A DNA stretch of 40,573 nucleotides from an uncultured Synechococcaceae cyanobacterium (GCA_902538695.1 CACBGC010000001.1:1-40573), one strand, 5' to 3'; shown: positions 21,530-32,806, counted from the stretch's first letter. Notes: a model not told the origin generated them from the letters alone. Made by a program: numbers and translations.

Positions 21530-21814
21530 TTAAAAAAAACTTTCCAAAATCTCTTCTAATTCTAGAATTTGTGAGTTAGTGATTAAATTAATCAGTGGAA
21601 TACTATTAACACCATCCCCTACTTTTACATTTATTGCTTTCAGACTTAATTTTGCAGCCTCCAATGGGCCTTCATCTTTATTGCTGATACATTCAATAGC
21701 AAGATGCCTAGCTAGTCCAGCGTCTCCAAGATACAAGTTCCACTTTTCTATTTTTATAAAAACCTTTTCGGAAATAATATTTTCTAGATCACTTATACTT
21801 ATCTGAGATTCCAT
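21530..21814 (-). CDS. Conserved cyanobacterial protein (DUF3181-like)
   Basis: ATG-initiated ORF with a WNLYLGDAGL motif. The family name is from memory. Confidence 0.75.
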   Translation of the reverse strand: MESQISISDLENIISEKVFIKIEKWNLYLGDAGLARHLAIECISNKDEGPLEAAKLSLKAINVKVGDGVNSIPLINLITNSQILELEEILESFF

Positions 21815-21828
21815 AAATAGAAATTAAT

Positions 21829-22080
21829 TTAAGTTGATTGTTTTGAAGTATCTTTAGGTTTTTTTATAATTACGAAAAGTAAATGGGAGGCCAAAAGAAC
21901 CGACCAGACAATTGCAAAATTATTAAAATAACTGATTTCATATTTAATCTCTTTTAAAAGCCACGTGCCACTTACAATCGCAGTAAATATCATGCAGTGA
22001 ATAACAAAATTTACTATTCGAGAAAAATGTTTATAGATAGGATCTTCTGAATCACCATTTCCGTACCATTTTATAGGCAT
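21829..22080 (-). CDS. Small membrane protein with two hydrophobic segments
   Basis: 83-aa ATG ORF that fills the gap and has two hydrophobic stretches. Confidence 0.7.
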   Translation of the reverse strand: MPIKWYGNGDSEDPIYKHFSRIVNFVIHCMIFTAIVSGTWLLKEIKYEISYFNNFAIVWSVLLASHLLFVIIKKPKDTSKQST

Positions 22081-22166
22081 ATTAATAATTAGATTGTTAA
22101 TAATAGATATTTTACAAGAAATCTAGTTGACTAAGAGACCCTGAAACAGAGATATTACATAATTAT

Positions 22167-22240
22167 GCGCCTGTAGCTCAGTGGATTAGAGCACCTGACT
22201 ACGGATCAGGGTGTCGGGAGTTCGAATCTCTCCAGGCGCG
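22167..22240 (+). tRNA. tRNA-Arg(ACG)
   Basis: Acceptor stem GCGCCTG/CAGGCGC, anticodon arm CCTGA-CTACGGA-TCAGG and T-loop GTTCGAAT. Confidence 0.97.
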
Positions 22241-22317
22241 TTTAAAATTCTGAAATATTCTTTTTATATTTTTCTAAAAAATATCGTCTATATTATGGGT
22301 ATTACTTATCAAATTCA

Positions 22318-23589
22318 ATGAATATCCTTCAAAATCTTAAAGAAAGTGATCCAGTAATATCAAATTTTATTAACTCTGAAAAAAATAGGCAGGAGAATCA
22401 TCTTGAGTTAATCGCAAGCGAAAATTTCGCATCAATTGCTGTTATGCAGGCTCAAGGTTCCGTCCTTACGAATAAATACGCGGAGGGATTACCCCAAAAA
22501 AGATATTACGGGGGATGTGAATTTGTTGATGAAATCGAAGAATTAGCTATTCAGAGAGCGAAAAAATTATTTAATGCAAATTGGGCTAATGTTCAACCTC
22601 ATAGTGGAGCGCAGGCAAATGCTGCTGTTTTCCTAAGTCTACTTAAACCTGGCGACACAATCATGGGGATGGATTTATCTCATGGTGGACACCTAACTCA
22701 TGGGTCTCCAGTAAATATGAGTGGTAAATGGTTCAATGCAGTTCACTATGGTGTAAATAAAGAAACTAGTGAATTAAATTTTGATGAAATAAGAGAGATA
22801 GCACTTCAAACAAAACCAAAATTAATCATATGTGGATATTCTGCTTATCCGAGAACAATCGATTTTGAGTCATTTAGAAATATTGCAGATGAAGTTGGTG
22901 CATTCTTAATGGCTGATATTGCACACATCGCCGGTCTTGTAGCAAGTAAACTCCATCCAAATCCAATACCATACTGTGATGTAGTAACCACAACTACTCA
23001 TAAAACATTAAGAGGGCCTAGAGGGGGACTTATCTTGTGTAAAGATGCAGAATTTGGAAAGAAATTTGATAAATCTGTTTTCCCTGGAACTCAGGGTGGG
23101 CCCCTCGAACACATAATTGCAGCTAAAGCAGTTGCATTTGGAGAAGCCTTGCAGCCAGATTTCGTTAATTATTCCCAACAAGTAATAAAAAATGCAAAAG
23201 TTCTAGCTTCAACTTTAATAAACAGAGGTATCAATATTGTCAGTGGAGGCACTGATAACCATATTGTTTTACTCGATTTAAGAAGTATCAATATGACTGG
23301 TAAGATTGCTGACTTACTTGTAAGTGAAGTGAATATCACTGCAAATAAAAATACTGTTCCATTTGACCCTGAATCACCTTTTGTAACCAGCGGACTAAGG
23401 TTGGGAACTGCTGCTTTAACTACTAGAGGCTTTAATGAGGATGCTTTTGCTGAAGTTGGCGAAATTATTGCTGATAGATTACTTAATCCAGATGATTCAC
23501 TGATTGAAAGTCAATGTAAAGATAGAGTATTAACCTTATGTAATCGTTTTCCTCTTTATGAAAGCAAACTTGAAGCATCAATTAAATGA
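22318..23589 (+). CDS. glyA: Serine hydroxymethyltransferase
   Basis: LIASEN, YAEG, GGHLTHG and the PLP-lysine motif [13 protein letters not shown]. Confidence 0.99.
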   Translation: MNILQNLKESDPVISNFINSEKNRQENHLELIASENFASIAVMQAQGSVLTNKYAEGLPQKRYYGGCEFVDEIEELAIQRAKKLFNANWANVQPHSGAQANAAVFLSLLKPGDTIMGMDLSHGGHLTHGSPVNMSGKWFNAVHYGVNKETSELNFDEIREIALQTKPKLIICGYSAYPRTIDFESFRNIADEVGAFLMADIAHIAGLVASKLHPNPIPYCDVVTTTTHKTLRGPRGGLILCKDAEFGKKFDKSVFPGTQGGPLEHIIAAKAVAFGEALQPDFVNYSQQVIKNAKVLASTLINRGINIVSGGTDNHIVLLDLRSINMTGKIADLLVSEVNITANKNTVPFDPESPFVTSGLRLGTAALTTRGFNEDAFAEVGEIIADRLLNPDDSLIESQCKDRVLTLCNRFPLYESKLEASIK

Positions 23590-24860
23590 GTCCTAACCCT
23601 AAGGGAGTTGAAATTCTTTCTATTGGAACAGAGCTACTCTTAGGAAATATTATCAATACAAATGCTCAATGGATTTCTGAACAGTTATCTCAATTAGGCT
23701 TAAATCACTTTAGGCAATCAACTGTCGGTGATAATTGTGATCGAATTATAAAAGTAATTCAAGAAATATCGAAAAGAAGTAATCTTCTAATTACAACTGG
23801 TGGCTTGGGACCCACCCCAGATGACTTAACTACTGAAGCAATAGCCAAATCTTTTAATGTATCTCTTTTTGAAAGAGAGCTCTTATGGGATGAAATTAAA
23901 CAAAAACTTTCAAACTCAAAACTTCAGGACGATTCCTCTAGCTTAAGGAAACAATGTTTCTTCCCAGAAAATGCTCAAATTATTAATAACCCAAGGGGCA
24001 CTGCCCCAGGAATGATTTGGGAACCAGTAAAAGATTTTACTATCCTTACTTTCCCAGGAGTACCCAGTGAAATGAAAACTATGTGGGAAGAGACAGCATA
24101 TGATTTCATTAAAACCAAATTCTCAGATAATTATTCCTTTTTTTCAACTACTCTTAAATTTGCGGGTATTGGAGAATCAAGCGTTGCTGAAAAAATTAAT
24201 GATCTATTAAATCTTAAAAACCCTACCGTTGCTCCATATGCAAATTTAGGAGAGGTTAAACTCAGAATCACCGCGCGAGCAAAGAACGACCTAGAAGCAA
24301 AAAATATAATTAAACCTATTAAAGAAAAATTAAAAAAAGATTTTTCAAAATTTATTTTTGGAGAGGATAACGATACTCTTCCTAGCGTTTTAATAAAAGC
24401 ATTAACCAAGAGGAACGAAACTATTGTTTTTGCTGAATCCTGCACCGGAGGCCTTCTATCTTCATCAGTAACCTCAATATCAGGCTCATCTCAAGTTTTT
24501 CAAGGTAGTATTGTTTCCTATAGTAATGAACTAAAAAATTCATTATTAAATATTTCTAAAGAAAAGCTTACAAAATATGGAGCTGTTTCTGAAGAAGTTT
24601 GTGAGGCCATGGCAATTAATATAAAAGAGAAATTAGGAGCAGATTGGGCAATAGCAATTAGTGGAATAGCTGGTCCTAACGGAGGCAGTCAAGATAAACC
24701 TGTTGGACTTGTCTATATTTCAATTTCAGGACCGAATAATCATATAACTAATATAAAAAAACTATTTAACTCAACACGAAATCGAATAGAAATTCAAAGA
24801 CTAAGTGTAAATGTGTGTTTGAACAGCCTCCGATTAATCCTATTATCAAATAGTAAGTAA
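23586..24860 (+). CDS. cinA: Competence/damage-inducible protein CinA (MocF plus PncC domains)
   Basis: [28 protein letters not shown] and SGIAGP. Overlaps glyA by ATGA. Confidence 0.95.
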   Translation: MSPNPKGVEILSIGTELLLGNIINTNAQWISEQLSQLGLNHFRQSTVGDNCDRIIKVIQEISKRSNLLITTGGLGPTPDDLTTEAIAKSFNVSLFERELLWDEIKQKLSNSKLQDDSSSLRKQCFFPENAQIINNPRGTAPGMIWEPVKDFTILTFPGVPSEMKTMWEETAYDFIKTKFSDNYSFFSTTLKFAGIGESSVAEKINDLLNLKNPTVAPYANLGEVKLRITARAKNDLEAKNIIKPIKEKLKKDFSKFIFGEDNDTLPSVLIKALTKRNETIVFAESCTGGLLSSSVTSISGSSQVFQGSIVSYSNELKNSLLNISKEKLTKYGAVSEEVCEAMAINIKEKLGADWAIAISGIAGPNGGSQDKPVGLVYISISGPNNHITNIKKLFNSTRNRIEIQRLSVNVCLNSLRLILLSNSK

Positions 24861-24873
24861 CTATTTTTACAAA

Positions 24874-26280
24874 TTGAGTCAAGATACCCTATTTGATAAA
24901 GTTTGGGATTTACATAAGGTTTCAAGTCTTCCTGGAGGATCTGATCAAATATTTATTGGTCTTCACCTTATCCATGAAGTGACGAGTCCTCAAGCATTTG
25001 GTGCTTTAAAGGACAAAAAATTAAAAGTAAAATTCCCTGATAGAACTGTTGCTACTGTTGATCATATTGTGCCAACAGATAATCAGAGCAGGCCTTTCAA
25101 AGATAATCTCGCTGAACAGATGATTGAAACACTTGAGAAAAATTGCTTAGAACATAAAATAAGATTTTTTAATATTGGTAGTGGTAATCAAGGAATAGTT
25201 CATGTAGTAGCACCGGAATTAGGCCTAACTCAGCCAGGAATGACAATCGCTTGCGGAGATTCTCATACTTCAACTCATGGAGCTTTTGGGTCAATTGCTT
25301 TTGGTATAGGTACCAGTCAAGTAAGAGATGTTCTTGCTACCCAAACCTTAGCTATGAACAAATTGAAAGTAAGGCAGATTTGGTGTGACAATAAATTATC
25401 TAAGGGTGTTTATGCAAAGGATTTAGTTCTTCATATAATTAATAAACTTGGTGTAAAGGCAGGAGTAGGTTTTGCATATGAATTCGCAGGACCTGCGATA
25501 CATGAATTATCAATGGAAGAAAGGATGACGATATGCAATATGTCTATTGAAGGAGGAGCAAGATGCGGCTACATCAACCCTGATGAAAAGACCTTTAGTT
25601 ACATTAAAAATAAATTATATGCCCCAAAAAATGAGCATTGGGATAGAGCTCTCAGATGGTGGGAATCATTAAAAAGCGATGAAAATTCAATTTATGATGA
25701 CGTAATTAAATTAGATGCTTCTAAGGTAGAACCAACCGTAACCTGGGGGATTACTCCCGGCCAAAGTATAAGCATTAATCAACAAATCCCTCTTTTAGAT
25801 GACTTATCCCCAAATGATAAATTAGTTGCAGAAGAGGCTTATGAATATATGAGTTTCAAGCCTGGACAATTAATAAAGGATACTCCTATAGACGTTTGTT
25901 TCATAGGTAGTTGCACAAATGGAAGAATCAGTGACTTAAGAGTTGCAGCTAAAGTATTAAAAGGCAAAAAAGTATCCAAGAATGTCAAAGCATTTGCAGT
26001 TCCAGGTTCAGAAAAAGTAGCTACTGAAGCAAAACAAGAAGGTCTTGATCAGATATTTAAGGATTCTGGATTTCAATGGAGAGAGCCTGGCTGCTCAATG
26101 TGTTTAGCAATGAATTCAGATAAGCTAATAGGTAATCAAGTTAGTGCCAGTTCTAGTAATAGAAATTTCAAGGGTCGGCAAGGATCTCCCAGTGGAAGAA
26201 CATTGCTCATGAGTCCAGCAATGGTTGCTGCTGCTGCAATTAATGGCAAAGTCAGTGACGTTAGAGAATTTATCAACTGA
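24874..26280 (+). CDS. leuC: 3-isopropylmalate dehydratase large subunit
   Basis: [28 protein letters not shown] and SNRNF. Confidence 0.99.
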   Translation: MSQDTLFDKVWDLHKVSSLPGGSDQIFIGLHLIHEVTSPQAFGALKDKKLKVKFPDRTVATVDHIVPTDNQSRPFKDNLAEQMIETLEKNCLEHKIRFFNIGSGNQGIVHVVAPELGLTQPGMTIACGDSHTSTHGAFGSIAFGIGTSQVRDVLATQTLAMNKLKVRQIWCDNKLSKGVYAKDLVLHIINKLGVKAGVGFAYEFAGPAIHELSMEERMTICNMSIEGGARCGYINPDEKTFSYIKNKLYAPKNEHWDRALRWWESLKSDENSIYDDVIKLDASKVEPTVTWGITPGQSISINQQIPLLDDLSPNDKLVAEEAYEYMSFKPGQLIKDTPIDVCFIGSCTNGRISDLRVAAKVLKGKKVSKNVKAFAVPGSEKVATEAKQEGLDQIFKDSGFQWREPGCSMCLAMNSDKLIGNQVSASSSNRNFKGRQGSPSGRTLLMSPAMVAAAAINGKVSDVREFIN

Positions 26281-26903
26281 TGAAATCAGAGTTTACCCCG
26301 CCAATTGGAAAAATTTCAAATATTAACGGGCAATGTATCTCATTGATTGGAAATGATATTGATACAGATCGAATAATTCCAGCTCGTTTTTTGAAGTGTG
26401 TTAACTTTGATTCATTGGGTCAATCTGTTTTTGAAGATGATAGAAAAACTTTAAAAGGAAGGCATCCTTTTGATCTTGAGGAAAACAAAAATTCCTCGAT
26501 ACTAATTGTTAATAGCAATTTTGGATGTGGTTCCAGCAGAGAACATGCCCCCCAAGCGCTCATAAGATGGGGTATAAAAGCAATTATAGGAGAAAGTTTC
26601 GCCGATATTTTTTACAGTAACTGTATTGCAATCGGAATTCCCTGTTTTACGCTACCTAAAAAATCCATAGAAGAAATACAAAACTATTGCGATAATAAAT
26701 TTTTATTTTTAGAAATTGACCTGAAAAAATCCTTCGCAAAATCAAAAGATTTAAATTTAAATCTTGAGATTAAGGAAAGCTCAAGAAAAATGTTTTTATC
26801 AGGAGAATGGGATGCCACTTCAACACTACTTGACAATGAAAAACTAATAGAAAATAAATTTAACCAATTACCTTATATAAAATTTCATTCTCATTACTCT
26901 TAG
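26280..26903 (+). CDS. leuD: 3-isopropylmalate dehydratase small subunit
   Basis: DIDTDRIIPARFL and NFGCGSSREHA. Overlaps leuC by TGATG. Confidence 0.98.
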   Translation: MKSEFTPPIGKISNINGQCISLIGNDIDTDRIIPARFLKCVNFDSLGQSVFEDDRKTLKGRHPFDLEENKNSSILIVNSNFGCGSSREHAPQALIRWGIKAIIGESFADIFYSNCIAIGIPCFTLPKKSIEEIQNYCDNKFLFLEIDLKKSFAKSKDLNLNLEIKESSRKMFLSGEWDATSTLLDNEKLIENKFNQLPYIKFHSHYS

Positions 26904-28892
26904 CTATCTAAATCCAAATAACTTGAAAGAGATTCCCCCTGCTTGATTATGAGGTTGATAAAAAATACCAAATTCATAGGATCTTTTTTTCCAATTTAAA
27001 GAAATTTTAGAATTTATAAATTCACCATAATCATCTGAATCGTTTGTTAAATTTAAAGTCCCAATACTCTTAAGAACAACTGGTCCAAATAATTGCTGAT
27101 CAAAAGAAATATTTAGGGTGAAGTTATCATAATTTTGGTCAAATTTAAATACACTTTCTCCACTATTAAATTTATAAAAAGGGAAGAGACTTATACGAGT
27201 ATAGTCAAAAGTTTTATTTTTAAAATTACCAAATATCAGTTCTGGGCCTATTCCTAAACCTAAATATTCTTGATGATCTCCATTTTCATAGAAAGAATAT
27301 GATGCTTTTAATTTTGTATTAAGACTTAAGCCTTTAGTGATTGGTTCAGGAACATACTTGTAGGAAATATCAATAGATTTTTTTTCAGGATTTAAAATTT
27401 TAATTGGGAATTTCTGATCAAGAGAATAAAACAAATTCCCTTTTATGTTAGTTACCAGATTTTTACTGTTTAAAGCCTCTGCTGTTAAATTAGCGAGCCC
27501 AAAAGATAAAACTTCTTTCTTTTTAATACCATCAACAATCCAATTATTTTCTTTTTGTAATTTTGAACCATAACCTGAGTAAATTTCTGCTTCACCCAAG
27601 GAACCATTCCAGACCCTCTCTCTATAAATTCCGTAAAAACTTTTTTCCCATTTTGAATCTAATAAATCAATTTCTTTACTCAATTCAGTTTTAAATCTAA
27701 ATGCATCTGAAAATTTATAAAAATCAAGCGTATTTAAATTCTTATCTATTCTTAAATCCCAGGTATTTATTTTGCCTTTTATCATGGACTTTAGAGCAAA
27801 GTAATCTTCAAAACTTGTATTCCTCTTAACCTTATTTGAAGTTATTGATTCGTCCTTATTAACAAAACTTTTTGTATATCCTTTAAGTGAGCGTTGAATT
27901 AAGAATTGCGGCTCTAAATCTAGAATGAAATTATTAAATATCTCTATAGAGTTAAATTTCCTGCCAATAAAATACCCATCTTTATCTAAATTTTCATATC
28001 CTAAATTCCATCTATTATCAAATTGAGAATTATTAAAGTTAAAAGCTCTATCACCTAACCAAAAAGGGATCGATACTTTCTCATCAATTATTAGATAATT
28101 TAATGAGGACTTAAATCTTAATTTTTCATCTCGAGGATAAACCTCTAATGAATTAATTGCTAATTTTACTTGCTTTGATTCTAGTAAATCATTACTAAAC
28201 AAAGCCTTCTTACTTTTCCATTTTTCTCCATCTATAGTCATTTTATCTGTGTAAAACAACCAATTCTCAACCTTATTAGGGGTATATAAAACTTCCTTTT
28301 TGTTAATTTCAAGTAAACTTTCTATCTTATTAATATCTGACAAGCTGAAATTTGAAGATAAGTCATCCATCAAAGTATTGGTATTAATAGATCCCTTAAC
28401 ATCTAATAAATAGCCTTTTTCGCTTTTAAAACTGTACTCTAGTTGTGAAACTTTGAAGAATTGATCCCCTAATTCCAAAGATATATTTCCTTTAGCACTA
28501 ATTTTTTTATTTAACTTATCGTAAATTAAAGTATCTGCTTTAAGCAGTTTGCCCCTATAAGAAACGTTTACATTACCCTCTGCATAAATAACATCATTTA
28601 TTTGAGACTGTTTATCAGATTGGATTATTAACTCTTGTTGCTTTTCAGCTTTAGCAACTAAAAATAAATTAAGATCTTTCTGCAATAAATTCAAATAGGA
28701 AGTATTATCATCAAAAATTTTTGAAGAAATTGGTAGAAACTCTTCACTAATGTTTTTTGTCCGAATTAAATTTAAATGTTGAGTATTGTTATTTTCATTA
28801 ATTTTTTTATATTCAGCTGATTTTGACGGCTGTAGGAAATTAATAAAAAGACAAGAAAAAAATATTACTTTTTTTGAAATTCCAGAAAACAA
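26904..28892 (-). CDS. LptD/OstA-like outer-membrane protein (DUF3769-like)
   Basis: Signal-peptide-like N-terminus, OstA-like repeats (AEGNV..ADTLIYD..AKGNI) and a beta-strand-rich C-terminus ending in F-G-F-R. Confidence 0.75.
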   Translation of the reverse strand: MFSGISKKVIFFSCLFINFLQPSKSAEYKKINENNNTQHLNLIRTKNISEEFLPISSKIFDDNTSYLNLLQKDLNLFLVAKAEKQQELIIQSDKQSQINDVIYAEGNVNVSYRGKLLKADTLIYDKLNKKISAKGNISLELGDQFFKVSQLEYSFKSEKGYLLDVKGSINTNTLMDDLSSNFSLSDINKIESLLEINKKEVLYTPNKVENWLFYTDKMTIDGEKWKSKKALFSNDLLESKQVKLAINSLEVYPRDEKLRFKSSLNYLIIDEKVSIPFWLGDRAFNFNNSQFDNRWNLGYENLDKDGYFIGRKFNSIEIFNNFILDLEPQFLIQRSLKGYTKSFVNKDESITSNKVKRNTSFEDYFALKSMIKGKINTWDLRIDKNLNTLDFYKFSDAFRFKTELSKEIDLLDSKWEKSFYGIYRERVWNGSLGEAEIYSGYGSKLQKENNWIVDGIKKKEVLSFGLANLTAEALNSKNLVTNIKGNLFYSLDQKFPIKILNPEKKSIDISYKYVPEPITKGLSLNTKLKASYSFYENGDHQEYLGLGIGPELIFGNFKNKTFDYTRISLFPFYKFNSGESVFKFDQNYDNFTLNISFDQQLFGPVVLKSIGTLNLTNDSDDYGEFINSKISLNWKKRSYEFGIFYQPHNQAGGISFKLFGFR

Positions 28893-28913
28893 TTTGAAAA
28901 TTTTATAAAGAGA

Positions 28914-29042
28914 TTAATCTTGAGGACTTTCTAGGTCTTTTCTGTTTGGTGTTCTTGTTGGGTCACTTGCTAAAAATCCGAAAAGAAATATTCCGACGAA
29001 GAAAAAGACGATAGTGTAAACAGAAATTTTTAAGGCAAGCAT
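28914..29042 (-). CDS. psbI: Photosystem II reaction center protein I (42 aa, absent from the ORF track)
   Basis: Hand translation: [42 protein letters not shown]. Confidence 0.97.
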
Positions 29043-29149
29043 GGAATTACTAGTGCTGACAGATTTATATCCTATTAAATTTATAATTAAACTATGATTA
29101 ATTGTTTACTTTTTGTATTTTTAGAAAATTTTGAAATACTTTTTGGAGA

Positions 29150-29302
29150 TTAATCGTCATGGTCATCCCAAGGATCAGTAAGCTTTGCAGCTTTGGGTCC
29201 AAATGCAGTCCAAAGACCAAAACCGGTTAAAGCTAGAAGTAATGCCAGAATTGTAACTGCTATGGAAACTGCAGGATCTGGAGCAGATGATAAAGTTTGC
29301 AT
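29150..29302 (-). CDS. psbN: Photosystem II assembly protein PsbN (50 aa, absent from the ORF track)
   Basis: Hand translation: MQTLSSAPDPAVSIAVTILALLLALTGFGLWTAFGPKAAKLTDPWDDHDD. Divergent from psbH as expected. Confidence 0.96.
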   Translation of the reverse strand: MQTLSSAPDPAVSIAVTILALLLALTGFGLWTAFGPKAAKLTDPWDDHDD

Positions 29303-29380
29303 CAATTTTGCTAAGTTTGTAAACAATTTATGTATAAGTTCTTATACAATAGCGAAATAATATTCGATTTAGTGATTCAA

Positions 29381-29581
29381 ATGGGTCAAAAAACAGCCTT
29401 AGGCAGTCTTCTAAAAGCAATTGGCAATTCAGGTCAAGGAAAAGTAGTACCTGGGTGGGGAGCAGTTCCTGTGATGACTGTCATAGGTCTTCTGCTACTT
29501 GTTTTTTTAGTTATTCTTTTACAAATTTACAACCAATCCCTACTACTACAGGGTTTCTCAGTAGATTGGAACGGAAACTAA
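29381..29581 (+). CDS. psbH: Photosystem II reaction center protein H
   Basis: [12 protein letters not shown]...[11 protein letters not shown]...ILLQIYNQS. The true start is the ATG at 29381 inside the 83-aa ORF. Confidence 0.97.
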
Positions 29582-29723
29582 TTTCGGCAATTTTCTTAAA
29601 AAGTTATTTAGTTCACATAATTATTCCTAAATAACTTTTTTAAAATTTTATTTTTATTAATTAGTTATAGTTTTATATATATATATTTATAATTCTCAAT
29701 AAAGTGAGATTTAGAAATAAACC

Positions 29724-30326
29724 ATGAAAGAAATATTTTTAATTGGACTAGGAAACCCAGGTAAAAAATATTCAAAAAGTAGACATAATATTGGCTTTTT
29801 ACTGCTTGAAAATTTTTCGAGAAAAAATAATTCAAACTTCTTATTAAAAGATAAGCTTAAAAGTTCCTGCTCAGAATTTCAAATTAATGATTCTACTTTT
29901 AGATTATTTTTACCAAATACATTTATGAATAACAGTGGTGATGCTGTCCGAGCAATAGTTGATTGGTACAAAATCAATTTAGATCAGATTTTAATAATAG
30001 TCGATGATAAAGATCTTCCCCTTGGTAAAATAAGATTTAGGAGAAAAGGCAGCTCAGGGGGACATAACGGGCTTAAAAGCATCATAGAACAATTACAGAC
30101 ACAAAACTTTAAGAGAATAAGAATCGGTATTGGATCACCCCCTCTAATTAAGGGAAAAGATAATTTCAATATCATTTCTCATGTATTAGGAAATATTTCT
30201 CTAGAAGAAAAATCTGTATTGGATAAAGTGTATAAGAGAGTAATAGAATCCCTAGAACAACTAAATACTAAAAAAGAAGAATATATAATTAATGAATTAA
30301 ATTCTTTTGACAAAGACCAACCTTAA
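29724..30326 (+). CDS. pth: Peptidyl-tRNA hydrolase
   Basis: GLGNPG, RHNIG, TFMNNSG, GGHNG and RIRIGIG. Confidence 0.97.
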   Translation: MKEIFLIGLGNPGKKYSKSRHNIGFLLLENFSRKNNSNFLLKDKLKSSCSEFQINDSTFRLFLPNTFMNNSGDAVRAIVDWYKINLDQILIIVDDKDLPLGKIRFRRKGSSGGHNGLKSIIEQLQTQNFKRIRIGIGSPPLIKGKDNFNIISHVLGNISLEEKSVLDKVYKRVIESLEQLNTKKEEYIINELNSFDKDQP

Positions 30327-30329
30327 AAT

Positions 30330-30587
30330 ATGCGTTCAAAACCTGAAACGATTGCCAATGTAAGTGTTAAGGAATATTCCTTCTCAAAAAAGCAAATTCA
30401 GGGGGTTGTGGAAGCCAGTCAATTTAAATGGACTTTTACATGGTCCTTTCATAAAGGTTTATTAACGGTAAATCCACCTTTGGGAAGAGCATTAATTGAA
30501 GATGCCTTATTGAGATTTTTATTAAAAAAAGATTATGAATTAGAAGCAGGGAATGAATATAAATTCACTATTTCAGCCAAGTTTTAA
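30330..30587 (+). CDS. Conserved cyanobacterial protein (DUF3146-like)
   Basis: PETIANV, FKWTFTW and PPLGRALI motifs, directly downstream of pth. Confidence 0.8.
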   Translation: MRSKPETIANVSVKEYSFSKKQIQGVVEASQFKWTFTWSFHKGLLTVNPPLGRALIEDALLRFLLKKDYELEAGNEYKFTISAKF

Positions 30588-31005
30588 AATCTATATTTTG
30601 ATTCAAAGTAAACTTAATTTTGCAATAATCTTCTAAAATTATCAAAGCTGATATTGCATCAAGGTTTTTATTAAGAAGAAAAACCTCTCTAGGTATTAAA
30701 AACTTCAGACCACTTATTGGAAAAAGTTCGAAATATCTTGCTTTAGCCCTGTAGGTAGTATTTTTTTCCTCAAAAGTTATTATTTCTTTTTTAAAAAAAT
30801 GAAGCTTTTCCCTGATATCTCTACTGGTGGTTCCATTGCCAATAATAATTTGTGATATGTCCTCAGCGGTAATTAAATTTCTGACATAATTCTCAAGTAA
30901 TTCACTTTTAACAATGCTTGCTTCATAAACTTTTTTTTCGCTAATTTCAGCTAAGACCAAGCCACATTTACTTTTTCCGGGATCAATAGTTATTAATCTA
31001 GGCAT
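30568..31005 (-). CDS. YqgF/RuvX-like RNase H-fold protein
   Basis: IDPGKSKCG, IGNGTTS, EKNTT and DAISALIILE. ATG at 31005 is the likely start (ORF track starts at 31017). Confidence 0.8.
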   Translation of the reverse strand: MPRLITIDPGKSKCGLVLAEISEKKVYEASIVKSELLENYVRNLITAEDISQIIIGNGTTSRDIREKLHFFKKEIITFEEKNTTYRAKARYFELFPISGLKFLIPREVFLLNKNLDAISALIILEDYCKIKFTLNQNIDFKTWLK

Positions 31006-31006
31006 T

Positions 31007-31969
31007 TTAAGATGCAACTTTTAAAATATTTATTTCAACTACTATTGGTTCTGCAGTTTTACTATCTCTCAAAGATACTACTTCTAACTTGAATTTGATA
31101 TTTTTATTTACTTGAAGAAAGTCTCTAATATTTTTTACAAAATTTCCATTTGTATTAATTTCACTTACTAGTGAACCTTTTGACTTAATTGCATCCCTTG
31201 TTTCTCTAAGCAAAGATTTAATTTTCAAATTTATTGATTTAAGATTTAAATCACTTTCTCCAAGAATTGAACTCGTAATAATATCCCCTTTTTTGACTAT
31301 AAATTTATTATCTAATAAATCAGGAGATACAAAAACATAATTATCCCCTTTTAAAACATTTGTTGCTGATTTGATTAATAAAATCTTCTTACCACCTTTA
31401 GCAGCTGTAGCCTCAATTTTTGAGATATCGCTAGGTCTCCACAAGAGAATATTTTTTGCTTCTTTATTATTTGGGATAACAATTTTCCTAACAAATTTAT
31501 CAGCTTCATTAAAAATTTTTGTTAAATTTAGTTTATTTGAGCTAGAATTTATCTCGGCAATAAATAAAGTTTGTCCTCTTTTTATAACAATATTTCCTCT
31601 CCTAAATTCTTTAATATTATTTTTTAAGAGATTTAACTCCTTTTCTTTTTGTATAATTTTACCTTCAAGTTTCTTTCGTTCTTCCTGTAGAGGAACTAAA
31701 GCCTTTTTACTATCATCTAAAGTTTTTTGCAAAAAAGGAATATCAACAAAAAGTCTTTGTCTGAATTCTTCACTTACTAAAATTAATAACCCTATTGATA
31801 TTGAACTAATAAACCCACCAGTGATTATGGTTATTATAGTTGCTGTTTTTTTCGGCCTTAATTTTAAGATACTAAATCTTGCTTTACCAATCTTAGTTCC
31901 AAGAATATCCCCAAATGGTGCAATTAACCCTCCAAGTAATATTAAAAAAACAATTAAAATCCAAGCCAC
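31007..31969 (-). CDS. DUF3084-like membrane-anchored coiled-coil protein
   Basis: Two N-terminal hydrophobic segments with GDILGTKIGKAR and LRPKKTA, then a coiled-coil. Lies downstream of ntcA. Confidence 0.82.
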   Translation of the reverse strand: MAWILIVFLILLGGLIAPFGDILGTKIGKARFSILKLRPKKTATIITIITGGFISSISIGLLILVSEEFRQRLFVDIPFLQKTLDDSKKALVPLQEERKKLEGKIIQKEKELNLLKNNIKEFRRGNIVIKRGQTLFIAEINSSSNKLNLTKIFNEADKFVRKIVIPNNKEAKNILLWRPSDISKIEATAAKGGKKILLIKSATNVLKGDNYVFVSPDLLDNKFIVKKGDIITSSILGESDLNLKSINLKIKSLLRETRDAIKSKGSLVSEINTNGNFVKNIRDFLQVNKNIKFKLEVVSLRDSKTAEPIVVEINILKVAS

Positions 31970-32008
31970 ACTTTTCCATACACTTAGTACATCATAATTT
32001 ATGATGAA

Positions 32009-32749
32009 TCAATTAAATCTTTTTGCAAGAGCAATTGGATCGAACACTGTGATCTTTTTTCTCTCAATATTAAGAAGCCCTGAATCCTTTAAATCTCCCA
32101 ATAATCTTGTAATGGTTACTCTTGTAGAACCAATAGCTTCAGCAATTGCCTGGTGAGAAAGCCTTAGGTCTATTGTAATACCTTTTTCACCTGCAACTCC
32201 AAAGTCCCTACAAAGAACCATTAAAAAACTCACCAAACGAGAAGACATATCTCTATGTGTAAGAGTTTCTATCATTGTTTCAGTTTGCAGGATCCTACTT
32301 GAAAGACCCTGTAAAAGTAATAGTCCGACTGACGCATCTTCCTCGATAGCTCTTAAAACAGAATTTGCAGGTGCGGTTATCATTTCAACTCTTGTGAATG
32401 CTATGGCATGATAAAAACGATCAGATCTATGACCTGTTAAAAGAGATAAAACACCAAAGAGACTATTCTCTCTTAGGAGAGCAACAGTTATTTCTTCACC
32501 TGACTCATAAACTCTTGATAGTCTTACTGCTCCTCTTCTTATAAGATATACCCTCTCAGCAGGGTCTCCAGGGAAAAATATTGTTTTTGATCGCTCAACC
32601 ATTTCTGTGCTTGCACCATCAAGACCTTTAATAACTTCCATTAAAGTTCTATTGATTGGAAAACGTTCTCCAACAGAGTTAATTTTACTTTGTCCGGACT
32701 GTGGCGAACTAAAGCGGTTGAATCCTCGTGAAGCAGGTATCATAGACAT
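32009..32749 (-). CDS. ntcA: Global nitrogen regulator NtcA (CRP family)
   Basis: [28 protein letters not shown] and the [21 protein letters not shown]. Confidence 0.99.
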   Translation of the reverse strand: MSMIPASRGFNRFSSPQSGQSKINSVGERFPINRTLMEVIKGLDGASTEMVERSKTIFFPGDPAERVYLIRRGAVRLSRVYESGEEITVALLRENSLFGVLSLLTGHRSDRFYHAIAFTRVEMITAPANSVLRAIEEDASVGLLLLQGLSSRILQTETMIETLTHRDMSSRLVSFLMVLCRDFGVAGEKGITIDLRLSHQAIAEAIGSTRVTITRLLGDLKDSGLLNIERKKITVFDPIALAKRFN

Positions 32750-32763
32750 CCTAACTATTAAAA

Positions 32764-32806
32764 AATTTAAGGAGACACCATGAAATATCTTGTATCAACA
32801 GTAACA
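32764..32806 (-). promoter_or_regulatory. Autoregulatory NtcA-type promoter of ntcA
   Basis: tGTT-N8-TACa box (TGTTACTGTTGATACA on -, 32806-32791, one mismatch) followed 22 nt downstream by TAAATT (32769-32764). Confidence 0.72.

Noticed and set aside
29330-29380. N-terminal extension of psbH in the ORF track
   Set aside because: PsbH similarity begins at the ATG at 29381. The upstream part is the psbN/psbH divergent promoter region.
4076-31017. TM0106, SfsA and YqgF nucleases as a defence or CRISPR system
   Set aside because: They are scattered among housekeeping genes with no repeat array, cas genes or clustering.
31371-31997. 208-aa + strand ORF
   Set aside because: It is an antisense shadow of the DUF3084 gene, with no recognisable motif and a composition expected from the complementary strand.
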